From Spirochaetaceae bacterium (GTDB lineage Bacteria; Spirochaetota; Spirochaetia; DSM-2461), in assembly GCA_051531975.1 (NCBI GenBank), contig JAOPTT010000010.1:226678-290677 (forward strand): DNA of 64,000 nucleotides, given 5' to 3'. A program made the translations under genes and the position numbers. A model generated the notes under the pieces. The model saw only the letters and a program-made list of their open reading frames with translations, was not told where the DNA came from and searched no databases. Below, one piece after another: positions 10,801 to 21,383 of the stretch; position 1 is the stretch's first letter, and every line of letters begins with the position of its first letter.

Positions 10801-12175
10801 TTAGATTTTGTTCCTTTAGATTTATGATTAATTGTTCCATATAGTGTGATGAGTAGAGGGATAATTCCCCTGGTAGGTGTTCAAGATCAATTGTACTGTT
10901 TTCTTTTGAAACTGTTGCTAATAGATCTTTGCTTCCTATTGGAACAATAAATTTTTGAGTATTTAATATACGTGGTATTAGTGCATAACTTTCCCCAAAT
11001 GGATGCCCTCCACGAATAGTTCCATCTTCTAGAATATTTGGCTGTCTAAAACATAGTTCAAACCTATCTACTGGGTAAATCTCGTTAATACCCTGGATCC
11101 AGACCTCAAGCCCTAACTCCTGGATATTCTTAATTAGATTCCTGTATCCTAAACCCCATTTATATCCGATTGGACCTATTGCCGCCCGACCTGCAACCTG
11201 GTCTAGCTGTATAATATCAGCTCCCAAAAACTTTAAGTAGGATGCTCTTTTTACTAAAAGCTTCCCCCATTTTTCACTAAGGGGATCCATTACATAAAAG
11301 TCACGGTCATAATAGGTCTCAATAACTCTATTACCGCCTGAATCCTCTATTAAAGAGTCTTCTAATTCCGGATATACATCTAATAGTTCAACACAAAATA
11401 GCCGGGCATTCATATATAAAGAGCATAACTGATTTTGTTCATGAACACCCTCTATAGCTTTTTTCAGCCCCTGGGCACCGCCAATTTCTGGTGAAGGAAA
11501 ATATTCAGGATAATTAGAATCATGGGCACCATGGTAAGCAAAAAGGTGAAGGATATTATGTTTTCCAATATATTTGTTCATCTGTTTTGCCACATCCACA
11601 CAGACTTCAAATCCCATGGAACTAGGAACATTATGTTGTCCTTCTGGTGAAATAAATCCAAGTTGAACCTGATAGTTTGATCTTTTTACTTTAGGTGGTA
11701 ATAGTATTGGACATGAATAATCACTAAGAATATTACTTGTAAGTTCCTCGAAGGTATCAGCATTATATCTTTTTATCTCTAATTCTATACCTTGTGATTC
11801 AATATTTAAGTATGGAGTAGCATATGTTTTATTAAGAGAAAACAGAGCTAATTTACCACTTAAATCGGGATGTGAATAAAAAACCGTTCCCGTTTTTAAA
11901 TTAGGGTAATAAATAATAAAAAAGTACATAGAGGCGGTTGATGGATAACAAATAGTAGCTTTAAGAAGTTGCTTTTGAGCTAAAAGAGGATTGATATCCC
12001 GGCTTTGTATAAGTTCACCTCCCCGGTTTGGCCAAAAAAGAAGAGCTTCATCTGGTATATTAACTTTTATATTAACCAGTCCCTTACCTGTTATTTTACA
12101 AACTGCGACCTCCTTAGAAAAAGCAGCATCCCCGTCTATTGTAAACTCTGTATTAAAAATCACCTCTGTAATCAT
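10793..12175 (-). CDS. Putative TIM-barrel glycoside hydrolase (DUF6259-like)
   Basis: YPEYFP..GG..GLK.AI, LYMNAR, GADIIQLDQV; lies in sugar ABC operon. Confidence 0.6.
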   Translation of the reverse strand: MITEVIFNTEFTIDGDAAFSKEVAVCKITGKGLVNIKVNIPDEALLFWPNRGGELIQSRDINPLLAQKQLLKATICYPSTASMYFFIIYYPNLKTGTVFYSHPDLSGKLALFSLNKTYATPYLNIESQGIELEIKRYNADTFEELTSNILSDYSCPILLPPKVKRSNYQVQLGFISPEGQHNVPSSMGFEVCVDVAKQMNKYIGKHNILHLFAYHGAHDSNYPEYFPSPEIGGAQGLKKAIEGVHEQNQLCSLYMNARLFCVELLDVYPELEDSLIEDSGGNRVIETYYDRDFYVMDPLSEKWGKLLVKRASYLKFLGADIIQLDQVAGRAAIGPIGYKWGLGYRNLIKNIQELGLEVWIQGINEIYPVDRFELCFRQPNILEDGTIRGGHPFGESYALIPRILNTQKFIVPIGSKDLLATVSKENSTIDLEHLPGELSLYSSHYMEQLIINLKEQNLND

Positions 12176-12990
12176 TACGACTTAATCCCCGATGTAACAT
12201 CGTTTGTTGTAAGAAATTTTTGTATAAAAATGTAAAATATAATAACTGGAAGTGTTAATAACATAACACCTGCTAAAACAGAGTTTCCATCCTGATAATA
12301 AAACCCATAAAATGAGTTAAGACCTACAGGAAGAGTATAAAACTTCTCTATATTTCCTATAAGACTAGGCCACAGATAACTATTCCAGTTATTTGTAAAG
12401 GATAATATTGTCTGTGTAATTAAGATAGGTTTAGACAGAGGTATTATGATATTAATAAAAATACCTATTGGATTTAGCCCATCTATCTCTCCTGCCTCTT
12501 CAAGGTCCTTCGGAATATCAAGAAGAAATTGATATACTAAAAAAATATTAAATAGGTTAAATAGGAAAGGAATAATTAGACCTTTATATGTGGCAATCCA
12601 GTCCAGTCTTGTTAAAACAACGTATGTTGGAGCTAAAAGTACCTGAGCTGGAATCATCATTAATGAGATAGTCATCCATAATATAAAGTTGGAACCTTTA
12701 AACTTTATACGTGCTAATGAGTAGCCAGCCATAGTATTAATAACTAAGTTACCTAAGCAGACAAAAAATGAGACAATAACACTGTTTAAAAACCAACGGC
12801 TATATGGAAATTCACTTAGGATATATTTGAAATTTATTATTGTAAGATTAAATGGTGAAAAGAATTCCTTATTCAATACCACAGTTGTATTAACAGAGGC
12901 GTATAAACTCCATAAAAACGGTATAATGGCAAGTAAGGCTATAATAGATACAATAATCTGAAACGTTAATCTGCTAACTTTTTCTTTCAT
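12175..12990 (-). CDS. Carbohydrate ABC permease (MalG type)
   Basis: IPKDLEEAGEIDG EAA loop. Confidence 0.92.
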   Translation of the reverse strand: MKEKVSRLTFQIIVSIIALLAIIPFLWSLYASVNTTVVLNKEFFSPFNLTIINFKYILSEFPYSRWFLNSVIVSFFVCLGNLVINTMAGYSLARIKFKGSNFILWMTISLMMIPAQVLLAPTYVVLTRLDWIATYKGLIIPFLFNLFNIFLVYQFLLDIPKDLEEAGEIDGLNPIGIFINIIIPLSKPILITQTILSFTNNWNSYLWPSLIGNIEKFYTLPVGLNSFYGFYYQDGNSVLAGVMLLTLPVIIFYIFIQKFLTTNDVTSGIKS

Positions 12991-13871
12991 AATAACCTCC
13001 CCTTTAAATAACTCTGCACTTTAGCAAAGACAAATATAATTAAAAATAGAAGAAGTGATGTCGCGGAAGCATAACCCATACGACCAGATGTAAAAGCTGT
13101 TTTATATATGTATATAACAGTTGTTAATGTAGAATTTAACGGTCCACCTGTTCCTCTAGAAAGGATAAAAGGGATATCAAACAGTTTGAATGAATCAATT
13201 AAGATCATTGTTGAAATAAAATATGTTACATTTCTAAGTGTTGGTATAATTATTAGCCTAAGCTTATGATATAGATTTCCACCTTCAAGTTTTAAGGTCT
13301 CATAAAAACTCTTTGGAATACCCATAAATCCACTTAAATAGATGAGCATATAAACTCCAACCTTTATCCAGCTATACATTGTGATAACAGGGAATTTAAT
13401 ATGTTTAAGAGAGTCTAACCAATTTAAATCCAAAGGATAAAAAACTGAAATAACCATATTAATCAGACCTTTACTCTGAAACAGATAGGTGAAAATTAAG
13501 GTTATTGCTACTGTTGATGTTAATGTCGGTATATAAAAAAGAGTTCTATAAAACCCTTTGTTGCTTAATCTAGTTGAATTAAGTATATAAGCCAAACTAA
13601 AAGAGATGACCAGTTGGGTTGGAAGACTTAATAGTACAAATGTTAATGTGTTTTTTAGGGAAATTAAAAATAATTTATCGTGTAATAAGTTTTTAAAGTT
13701 TTTTAATCCTATAAAGTTTGCATTTTCAATCCCACCCCATATTAAGCTATATCTAGTAAAACTGAAGTATATAGCAAATACCAATGGTACTATAAAAAAT
13801 AGTACCACAAGTATTAAGTAGGGACTGAGGAAAAGCCAACCATAAAATGATTTTTGTATACTTTTCTTCAT
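12987..13871 (-). CDS. Carbohydrate ABC permease (MalF type)
   Basis: FIGLKNF, GGPLNST, GYASA. Confidence 0.92.
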   Translation of the reverse strand: MKKSIQKSFYGWLFLSPYLILVVLFFIVPLVFAIYFSFTRYSLIWGGIENANFIGLKNFKNLLHDKLFLISLKNTLTFVLLSLPTQLVISFSLAYILNSTRLSNKGFYRTLFYIPTLTSTVAITLIFTYLFQSKGLINMVISVFYPLDLNWLDSLKHIKFPVITMYSWIKVGVYMLIYLSGFMGIPKSFYETLKLEGGNLYHKLRLIIIPTLRNVTYFISTMILIDSFKLFDIPFILSRGTGGPLNSTLTTVIYIYKTAFTSGRMGYASATSLLLFLIIFVFAKVQSYLKGRLL

Positions 13872-13896
13872 GTCTCTAATCCTTTTATATTAATAT

Positions 13897-15147
13897 TTAA
13901 AGCGTATCAAGGTATGCCATAAAGTCCTCTTTTGCTTCTTCAAGTGCTTGTTCTGCACTTAAACCTTGTAAACGTATTTTTTCTCCAGCAGCAGTCATTA
14001 GTTCAGAAATCTTTGGTGTATGTACACCTAAATTATATACTGTTGCATTTTTAGCTTGCTCAGGATTTGCTCCAAATGCTGGATTTTTTTCGATATAATA
14101 GTCAGCTACAGCTTTTCTAGTTGGAACAGCTAAACCACTATCAACAACCATTCTTTGAGACTGTTCACTAGTCATAAAATCAATAAAATGTGCACCTAAT
14201 TCAGGATCAGCTGCGTTTCGATTTAAAACATATGCAACAGTAAACAGAACAGTATGTTCAGTTTTACCCATTGGTAATTTAGTCATTTTCCAATCAAGTT
14301 CTTTTCCATTTTCTTTTAAGTAACCAGTTGCCCAACCACCTGAAATCATCATAGGAACTTGTTTAGCTGTAAGTGCACCTTCGTTTTCACCATTAAAATC
14401 TTTATTAGTTTTAGCAGCACCACTTCCAATTAACTTATTGAAGTAAAAATCAAATGCTTCAACTACCTTAGGATCAGTCCAGTTTGGATCACCATTTTCA
14501 TCAAGTATACTACCTGAGTTCTGTAAAATAAAAGGATAAAATCTTGCAAAGTCAGTTCTTAAAACAAGTCCAGCTTCATACTCATCAGTATCAGTAAACT
14601 CCTGGGCAGTTTGTAATAGTTCTTCCCATGTAGTTGGAACTTTTTTACCATACTTAGTAAAAGCTAGTTCATCGTAATATAAAACTAGAGTATTCATATC
14701 TTTTGCAAGACCATAAACACTGTTATTACCTTTAAATGCAGCAAGAGTACTTGGATAAAAACCATCTGTTACTGAATCATCAATATATTTATCTATAGGT
14801 TGTAATGCTTTGTTCTCAATAAACATTGTAGCCCAGCTGGCATCAACATAAAAAACATCAGGACCTTTACCACTTGCAATCTGAATTTGAAGAGTTTCGT
14901 TATATTCATTAGTAAGAACTTCCCATACAACAGTAACACCAGGATTTTTTTCTTCAAAATAATCAATTCGTGACTGTACGTACTTCTTTTCCTGTGGTGA
15001 TGATGACCAACCTACTAATTTAAGTACTCTTTCTTGAACTTCAGTACTAGCCACTTCTTTGCTAGCCTCTTCTTTTTGCCCGCCTGCAAATAATAAACCT
15101 GATGATACTAAAAGTACCATAGCTGTCAAAACCTTAAAAGCCTTCAT
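13897..15147 (-). CDS. Sugar ABC substrate-binding protein (start at MKAFK)
   Basis: Signal peptide FAGGQKE, GPDVF, PTTWEEL; AGGAGA RBS before 15147. Confidence 0.92.
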   Translation of the reverse strand: MKAFKVLTAMVLLVSSGLLFAGGQKEEASKEVASTEVQERVLKLVGWSSSPQEKKYVQSRIDYFEEKNPGVTVVWEVLTNEYNETLQIQIASGKGPDVFYVDASWATMFIENKALQPIDKYIDDSVTDGFYPSTLAAFKGNNSVYGLAKDMNTLVLYYDELAFTKYGKKVPTTWEELLQTAQEFTDTDEYEAGLVLRTDFARFYPFILQNSGSILDENGDPNWTDPKVVEAFDFYFNKLIGSGAAKTNKDFNGENEGALTAKQVPMMISGGWATGYLKENGKELDWKMTKLPMGKTEHTVLFTVAYVLNRNAADPELGAHFIDFMTSEQSQRMVVDSGLAVPTRKAVADYYIEKNPAFGANPEQAKNATVYNLGVHTPKISELMTAAGEKIRLQGLSAEQALEEAKEDFMAYLDTL

Positions 15148-15406
15148 AAAATCTCCTCTATTTTTCTTCAGCTTGATACTGAAGTTTGAATTACTTATAT
15201 AAAACCTGGAAGCCACTACTGAACTGTTGAATCCTGGTTAAATCTATCAACATAATATATCAGGTTAATATTTATGTCTAGTTAAATTTAATAAAATCTT
15301 CACAATCCAAGAAACTTCAACACAACTTGACATATTAAGTTGATAGATATATTATTTGTAGTGTAATAAATATAAAACAGTAAATTTTAGATTATAGAGG
15401 TCAATT

Positions 15407-16798
15407 GTGAATAATATAAAACAAAAGGTAATGCTCGCCCACTACAGAGTTGGTATGACAGATGGAGTATCACTTGAAATAGAGAAACGTATGGATATTC
15501 TTGATGAACTAGGATATAAATCATTTCTGGTTTCAGGACCAAAAAGTAAAAACTCAGACTATGTTGTTGATTCACTAAATTTTGACAGCCCACAAATAGC
15601 TTCATTAACACAAAGGTTTTTTGATCAGAATATTAAAGAAGATATAATACCCTATCTTTTAGAGGAGCTTAATCAGGTAAGTTTACATATAAAAGAGTCT
15701 TTAAGGAAAATTATTGAAACTGAAAAGCCAGATTTTCTTTTTCTACATAATATATTTAGCCACGGTCGTCATGTTGCTGCAAGTAAAGCCTTTTTGGAAA
15801 TCATAGAGGAGTATAAAATCCCTACTCTAGGAATGCATCATGATTTTTATTTTGAACGACCAGTATATGCAAATGTAACTCATCCTAAATTATTAGAATA
15901 CCTTGATAGTTATGTACCACCAGTTTCACCATATATTAAACATGCTGTTATAAATACTATGACACAGGGAACTTTACTAAACAGAAGGGGGCTAAAGGCA
16001 CAAGTAATAACCGATACATTTGACTTTGCCCAGAAGCCATGGCAAAAAGATGAATATAACAGTGGATTAGTTGGGACATTTAGCTCTTTAGGAATATCAG
16101 GTGATGATATAACTATTTTACAGGCTACTCGGATTGTTTCAAGAAAAAGCATTGAATTCACAATTCAGCTTGTTAAATATCTAAATGAAAACCATCTGCT
16201 AAAAGACAATATAGACAAGAAGTTATACAACGGTAAAAACATTACAGATAAAAGTAAAATTCATCTTTTAATTGTAGGTTATGCTGAAGATGATGGACTT
16301 GAATATTTAGATGAGTTAAAATCTATTTCTAGTGGACTGCCCTATATTCACTTTTTAAGCGATATTATACATGCAGAAAGAGGATTTGAAGATGGCCAGA
16401 AGCAGTATAGTTTATGGGACTGCTATTCCCATGTTGATGCTGTTAGCTACCCAAGTACATATGAGGGCTGGGGTAATCAGTTTATTGAAGCTGTTTTTGC
16501 AAAACTTCCAATTATCTGTTATGAGTATCCGGTATTTAAAACCGATATAAAACCTTTTGAATATAACTACATTACTATGAAGGATAAGTGTGAAAAAAAC
16601 AGTAATTATAAACATTTAAAAACTTTAAGCCAAGATCAGATTTGCAAAACCGGTGATAAGCTGTTAAAATGTTTATTTAGTAAAGAAACAAACAACCTAT
16701 TAGATGAAAACTTTGAGATTGGCCAAAAATACCACTCATATAGTTCTTTGAAAAAAAATCTAAAAGAGGTATTCCAGAGTTTAAACAGGATGAAATAG
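15407..16798 (+). CDS. GT4 family glycosyltransferase
   Basis: DGVSLE, HHDFYFER, TRIVSRKSIE, YPSTYEGWGNQFIEA. Confidence 0.85.
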   Translation: MNNIKQKVMLAHYRVGMTDGVSLEIEKRMDILDELGYKSFLVSGPKSKNSDYVVDSLNFDSPQIASLTQRFFDQNIKEDIIPYLLEELNQVSLHIKESLRKIIETEKPDFLFLHNIFSHGRHVAASKAFLEIIEEYKIPTLGMHHDFYFERPVYANVTHPKLLEYLDSYVPPVSPYIKHAVINTMTQGTLLNRRGLKAQVITDTFDFAQKPWQKDEYNSGLVGTFSSLGISGDDITILQATRIVSRKSIEFTIQLVKYLNENHLLKDNIDKKLYNGKNITDKSKIHLLIVGYAEDDGLEYLDELKSISSGLPYIHFLSDIIHAERGFEDGQKQYSLWDCYSHVDAVSYPSTYEGWGNQFIEAVFAKLPIICYEYPVFKTDIKPFEYNYITMKDKCEKNSNYKHLKTLSQDQICKTGDKLLKCLFSKETNNLLDENFEIGQKYHSYSSLKKNLKEVFQSLNRMK

Positions 16799-16806
16799 GA
16801 GTTTAT

Positions 16807-17895
16807 ATGCCCCCAATCTACCAAAATATAATGAATACGATTCAGTTGTGGATTTCAGATGGTAAATATAAGGTTAATGACAAACTTCCTTCAGAAGCTA
16901 TGTTAATGAAGGAATTTAAAACCTCACGTATTACTGTAACCCGTGCATTAAATGAATTGGAGTCAAAGTCTATAATTTATAGGCAAAAAGGTAGAGGCTC
17001 CTTTGTTTCAACTATAAAATCCTATCATAGTGAAAATACAGATATTATATCTTTAGTTCTTCCACATAAAATTAACTTCTTTTCAGGTGGGCAGCAGTAT
17101 GCCCACAGTATTGCAAAATATTGTCAGGAGAATAACTTCTTATGCAGTGTTCATTATTCTAATCAGTTAAAAAGTAATGAGAAAAATATTCTGGAAAACT
17201 TAACCAATTACAATGTTTCTGGTGCTATTGTATACCCTATTGGAAATGCAAATATTACTGCACTTAGCCAACTAGTACTTAAAGGTTTTCCAATGGTTCT
17301 TCTGGATAGAAAACTTGATGAATTAGACCTACCCTATGTTAGTTCAGATAATTATGCCGGTGCATATAATGCTGTCAAATATATGATAGATAAAAATCAT
17401 AAAAACATAGGTTTTATCGGGGTTAAAGATTCAGATGTAGTACAGGCTCGATACAAAGGGTACTGCCGTGCTCTACTTGATAATGGAATAATAATAAAAC
17501 CTGAAATTATCGTTACTGAGTTTAACAATACTCAAGAGGATGAACAGACATTTTTAAAAAAAGAAGAAGCTGATACAATACTTAAGTCTATGATAGATAA
17601 CAGAGTTACAGCTCTTTTTTGTGTGAATGACCTTATTGCTAGTATGATTATGAAAGCTGCACACAATAAAAAAATATCAATCCCTGACGATATCTCAATT
17701 GTAGGATTTGACCATATTCAATTTGATGATGTGCCAAATCTCAATTTAACATCTGTTGCCCAGAATTTTGATTTAATTGCTAAAGAGACAGTTCAATTAT
17801 TAATCAGTAAGATAAAAAATCCCGAAAAGAAAATCTCAAATAGTATAATTGTCCCAACAGATCTTTTTGAAGGTAATACAGTTAAAACAATTTAA
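16807..17895 (+). CDS. GntR-HTH / LacI-sensor regulator (AraR-like)
   Basis: LPSE...SRITVTRAL...QKGRGSFV plus periplasmic-binding-fold C-terminus (IPDDISIVGFD). Confidence 0.92.
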   Translation: MPPIYQNIMNTIQLWISDGKYKVNDKLPSEAMLMKEFKTSRITVTRALNELESKSIIYRQKGRGSFVSTIKSYHSENTDIISLVLPHKINFFSGGQQYAHSIAKYCQENNFLCSVHYSNQLKSNEKNILENLTNYNVSGAIVYPIGNANITALSQLVLKGFPMVLLDRKLDELDLPYVSSDNYAGAYNAVKYMIDKNHKNIGFIGVKDSDVVQARYKGYCRALLDNGIIIKPEIIVTEFNNTQEDEQTFLKKEEADTILKSMIDNRVTALFCVNDLIASMIMKAAHNKKISIPDDISIVGFDHIQFDDVPNLNLTSVAQNFDLIAKETVQLLISKIKNPEKKISNSIIVPTDLFEGNTVKTI

Positions 17896-17933
17896 AAGCA
17901 GTCCTCTTTTGACTACTTATATAATGGGGAAAA

Positions 17934-19694
17934 ATGATAAAAGAATTAAAAAAAAGATTTTATAACAAGTTTAAATATGAAAATGAGACCGTAAATAAGA
18001 TACTAAAAAGTGAAGTAGTACAATCCGAAGATTCTAATGAAAACAATTTCCTTCATTTTATTAATTATCTTGAAGAAAAAAGTGAAAAAGAACTTTTTGA
18101 ATTAAGTGATTTAGATAAAAACAGACTTTTAACTGACAAAATTGAATATACTATTTTTCCAGAAAATAGGTTTAAATTAACCCACAAAGAAATAACAGAA
18201 ATTAGGAATAGTAGAGTTGTTAATATAACAGAAGTTAATAAGACCCCAATAACTAATGCTTTTAAACAAGTACTTTTTACATCTAATGTTTTATTAACAA
18301 TGCCAGATAATTTCTCAAACATTCCAGAAAAATTACTAAATCTTATTGATCAAAATGAAATTCAAGAATATTGGTTTGACCACCCTATTCCATTAGATAT
18401 TGAAGATGAGAGAAATGAGATAATATTTGGTCTTAAAAATATGGATCAAGCAGTAAGGGAAGAAGGTACAGGGGATAAACTTACAATAATTTTATCTGTT
18501 TCATGCACCCATGCTTCCCTTAGAAATATTGCAAAAGAGTATATTAGGGACATCCTCGCTAAGTTTAAATTTGAGAATATTGAGGTTTATATATTCACTG
18601 AAGATGATACCCATGAACTGATTGAAAAATATTTTGATATCGACAAAAAAAAGAAAAAAGAGATTCAGGATGTATTTGGAGTTGATGGGAAGTATGGTAG
18701 ACATTACAGTTTTCTTAAAGCACTGCTCCCATTCTGGAATAAATTTGTTGATAAAGATAAAATTGGAACCTTTAAAATTGATCTAGATCAAGCATTTGAC
18801 CAAATTAGGTTAAAAAAAGAGACTGGGAAATCCGCTTTTGATAATTTCAAGAGTAATCTATGGGGTGCTAAAGCAGTTGATATTAATGGAACTAAACTGG
18901 AATTAGGTATGATCGCAGGGGCACTTGTTAATGATACTGATATTAAATACTCCATATATACCCCTGATGCAACAAAACCAGATAATAATATCAATAAAGA
19001 ATTAGCTGTTTTTAACAGTGAGAGAGTAAGATATTTATCCACAGTAGTAGAAATGGGAACAAGATATAACGATACAATTAAATGTATAAAAAGATACCAT
19101 GTAACCGGTGGTACAAATGGAATTTTACTAAGTTCTTTATATAAATACAGACCTTTCACACCAAGTTTTATTGGTAGAGCCGAAGATCAGGCATATATAA
19201 TGTCTGTTTTAAACAGTGAACAAGAAAAGTACTGTTTAAGGTATTACCACCAGGATGGATTGATTATGAGGCATGATAAACATAGCATTATATCTGATAC
19301 CATAGAGAAATCAAAAATATCTAGATTGGTTGGTGATTTTGAGAGAATATTCATATTTAGTTTTTATGCTAATATGCTTTATAATTTCGATTATATAAAA
19401 AAGGAATTGGGACCATTTACATCGTGTTTCATATCTAAAACCCCTTATACTCTTGTATATTTTAGAGCTATTATTGGTTTTGAGACTTTAAGTAAAAACA
19501 GTACAAGTGAAAAAGAAGAGTATATAAAAAACCTGGTAAAACGATTAAAAGATGTAATGGAAAAACTTGATGACAATTATTATACAACCAGGTTTAACAC
19601 TGAAAAAGAGATATGGAAGGATTATTATAATTACCTAAATGATGCCAAATACCAGACCAATATAAATAATGTTAAATCTTACAAAGTAGTTTAA
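17934..19694 (+). CDS. Hypothetical protein, possible GT-A-like fold
   Basis: KIDLDQ (DxD), GRAEDQ motifs; follows GT4 and regulator on same strand. Confidence 0.6.
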   Translation: MIKELKKRFYNKFKYENETVNKILKSEVVQSEDSNENNFLHFINYLEEKSEKELFELSDLDKNRLLTDKIEYTIFPENRFKLTHKEITEIRNSRVVNITEVNKTPITNAFKQVLFTSNVLLTMPDNFSNIPEKLLNLIDQNEIQEYWFDHPIPLDIEDERNEIIFGLKNMDQAVREEGTGDKLTIILSVSCTHASLRNIAKEYIRDILAKFKFENIEVYIFTEDDTHELIEKYFDIDKKKKKEIQDVFGVDGKYGRHYSFLKALLPFWNKFVDKDKIGTFKIDLDQAFDQIRLKKETGKSAFDNFKSNLWGAKAVDINGTKLELGMIAGALVNDTDIKYSIYTPDATKPDNNINKELAVFNSERVRYLSTVVEMGTRYNDTIKCIKRYHVTGGTNGILLSSLYKYRPFTPSFIGRAEDQAYIMSVLNSEQEKYCLRYYHQDGLIMRHDKHSIISDTIEKSKISRLVGDFERIFIFSFYANMLYNFDYIKKELGPFTSCFISKTPYTLVYFRAIIGFETLSKNSTSEKEEYIKNLVKRLKDVMEKLDDNYYTTRFNTEKEIWKDYYNYLNDAKYQTNINNVKSYKVV

Positions 19695-19769
19695 AGAACA
19701 ATAAGGTCATAATCCCCATATCTATTTAAATAATTTCTTAAGAATACGAGGGAACTATAAATGTAATTA

Positions 19770-20375
19770 TTAACATTTAAATACTAATTCTTTAACCCTA
19801 AGATGTTTGATTGTTGTATTTAATCGTCCAAGTTTTTTTTGTAGTTTATTTCTATTATCCTTTAAAAGATTTAAATTAAATGTTTCCCCTATATAGTCCA
19901 CAACTTCATACAGATCCTTATTATCTGTAGCTACATGTTCCTTGAAACAGGATTGATTCAATTCTTTTAAACAATTATCAATTAATTTATAAGTCCATGA
20001 ACTTTTTTTATCTCCCCTCTTTAATAATCTATTTTGAAGAGTCTCTTTATTTGCAATCAATGTAATGTGCAAAACTTTATGTTTATCTTTTAAAGGATCT
20101 AAAATCTCACTAAGATATTGTTTATTAGTTACTGTCATTGGAACTAGAACTATTCTATTTGCAACATCAAGAGATTCCAAAAAATATCTAGTAGAGTCTC
20201 TCCAAAGTTTATAATCCTGAAAATCAGGCAATTCTCCATCGTGTATCATTCTATTTCGTATAAAATAACCAACTTCTTCAGGATCAAATATTATTGAATT
20301 ATCTAACCTTCGTTTTAATTCATTTGCTGTATGTGTTTTCCCTGAACCAAATGGTCCATTTAACCAGATTATCAC
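19770..20375 (-). CDS. P-loop protein, TmrB (tunicamycin resistance)-like
   Basis: MIIWLNGPFGSGKT, FDPE.VG, DFQDY.LWR. Confidence 0.8.
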   Translation of the reverse strand: MIIWLNGPFGSGKTHTANELKRRLDNSIIFDPEEVGYFIRNRMIHDGELPDFQDYKLWRDSTRYFLESLDVANRIVLVPMTVTNKQYLSEILDPLKDKHKVLHITLIANKETLQNRLLKRGDKKSSWTYKLIDNCLKELNQSCFKEHVATDNKDLYEVVDYIGETFNLNLLKDNRNKLQKKLGRLNTTIKHLRVKELVFKC

Positions 20376-20528
20376 TATTTATCTCCAATAACAAAAGTTT
20401 CAATAGGTATCCTAACATGTTCGAGGTCAGATTATGCCTTTTAACGAGAAGTAAATATTGTGGAATGGATTCTTCAAATACAAAAGACCTTTAAAGAGTC
20501 CATTTCAGTGTTCATAAATCAGTTGATC

Positions 20529-21257
20529 TTATTTCTTAAACTTAAAAACATTTATAGTCCATACAAGTTCAAAACCTAAATTAATAGCTATAGATTTTGA
20601 TCCTATGTTTTCATAACTTGTTCTATAAAGTGGTACTACTCCATTTTTCATACATACTTTTGTCACAGCTCTAACAGCAGCGGAACCTAAACCAATTTTT
20701 CTATGATCTCTACTAATTAGTATACCAACATCACCAAGATATTTACCCCAGCGTCTATACCCTGCATAACCAACAGGTTTGTTATTGTGATATAACATTA
20801 TTATCTCTTCGTCTGGGTCATCAATATAAACTTCAGCTTCATCAATATCATCTGGATCTGAAAGGTCTATAAATTCTTGAATTGCGGTGTGATTATCAGG
20901 TTTAATATTTTTAACATCATAACCTACTTTCACCTCTCTACTTAAAAGTTCATCTTTTGTATAAATAAAGAATGGCACTTTTTCGACCTGTTCAATTGAA
21001 GTAAAAATACCTGCTAATAATTCTTGGGTTATTACAGTGTTATCATTTTTAAAATGGTTAGATATAAAATCTATAATCTCTTCTCCTGCTGAAATAAAGG
21101 TACGACTAAAGATCTTTGTATGATATAAGGTTTTTTTTCCATTTAAAGACTTTAGAACTCGAAAGCTTGTTCCCTCTTCTAAGAATGTATCTTCGTTACA
21201 ACCATACTTTACAGCAAGATCTTTTAATAATAGTTGTTTAATTTTTATATTATTCAT
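20529..21257 (-). CDS. GNAT acetyltransferase
   Basis: DVGILI...HRKIGLG, N.GS..IA..LGF. Confidence 0.85.
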   Translation of the reverse strand: MNNIKIKQLLLKDLAVKYGCNEDTFLEEGTSFRVLKSLNGKKTLYHTKIFSRTFISAGEEIIDFISNHFKNDNTVITQELLAGIFTSIEQVEKVPFFIYTKDELLSREVKVGYDVKNIKPDNHTAIQEFIDLSDPDDIDEAEVYIDDPDEEIIMLYHNNKPVGYAGYRRWGKYLGDVGILISRDHRKIGLGSAAVRAVTKVCMKNGVVPLYRTSYENIGSKSIAINLGFELVWTINVFKFKK

Positions 21258-21383
21258 AAATTCCTCGATATATTTAATTTAAGCATCTTAACTAAATATT
21301 TCCAAGTATTTTTTTCAAAATCTATACTAAAACAAAAAACCCCGCACTAAAGCAGGGTAATTTTATTTGTAACTAATTATTTA

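Noticed and set aside
20400..20528. attC between GNAT and TmrB-like genes
   Set aside because: A GTTAGGA core is present but no convincing paired L boxes.
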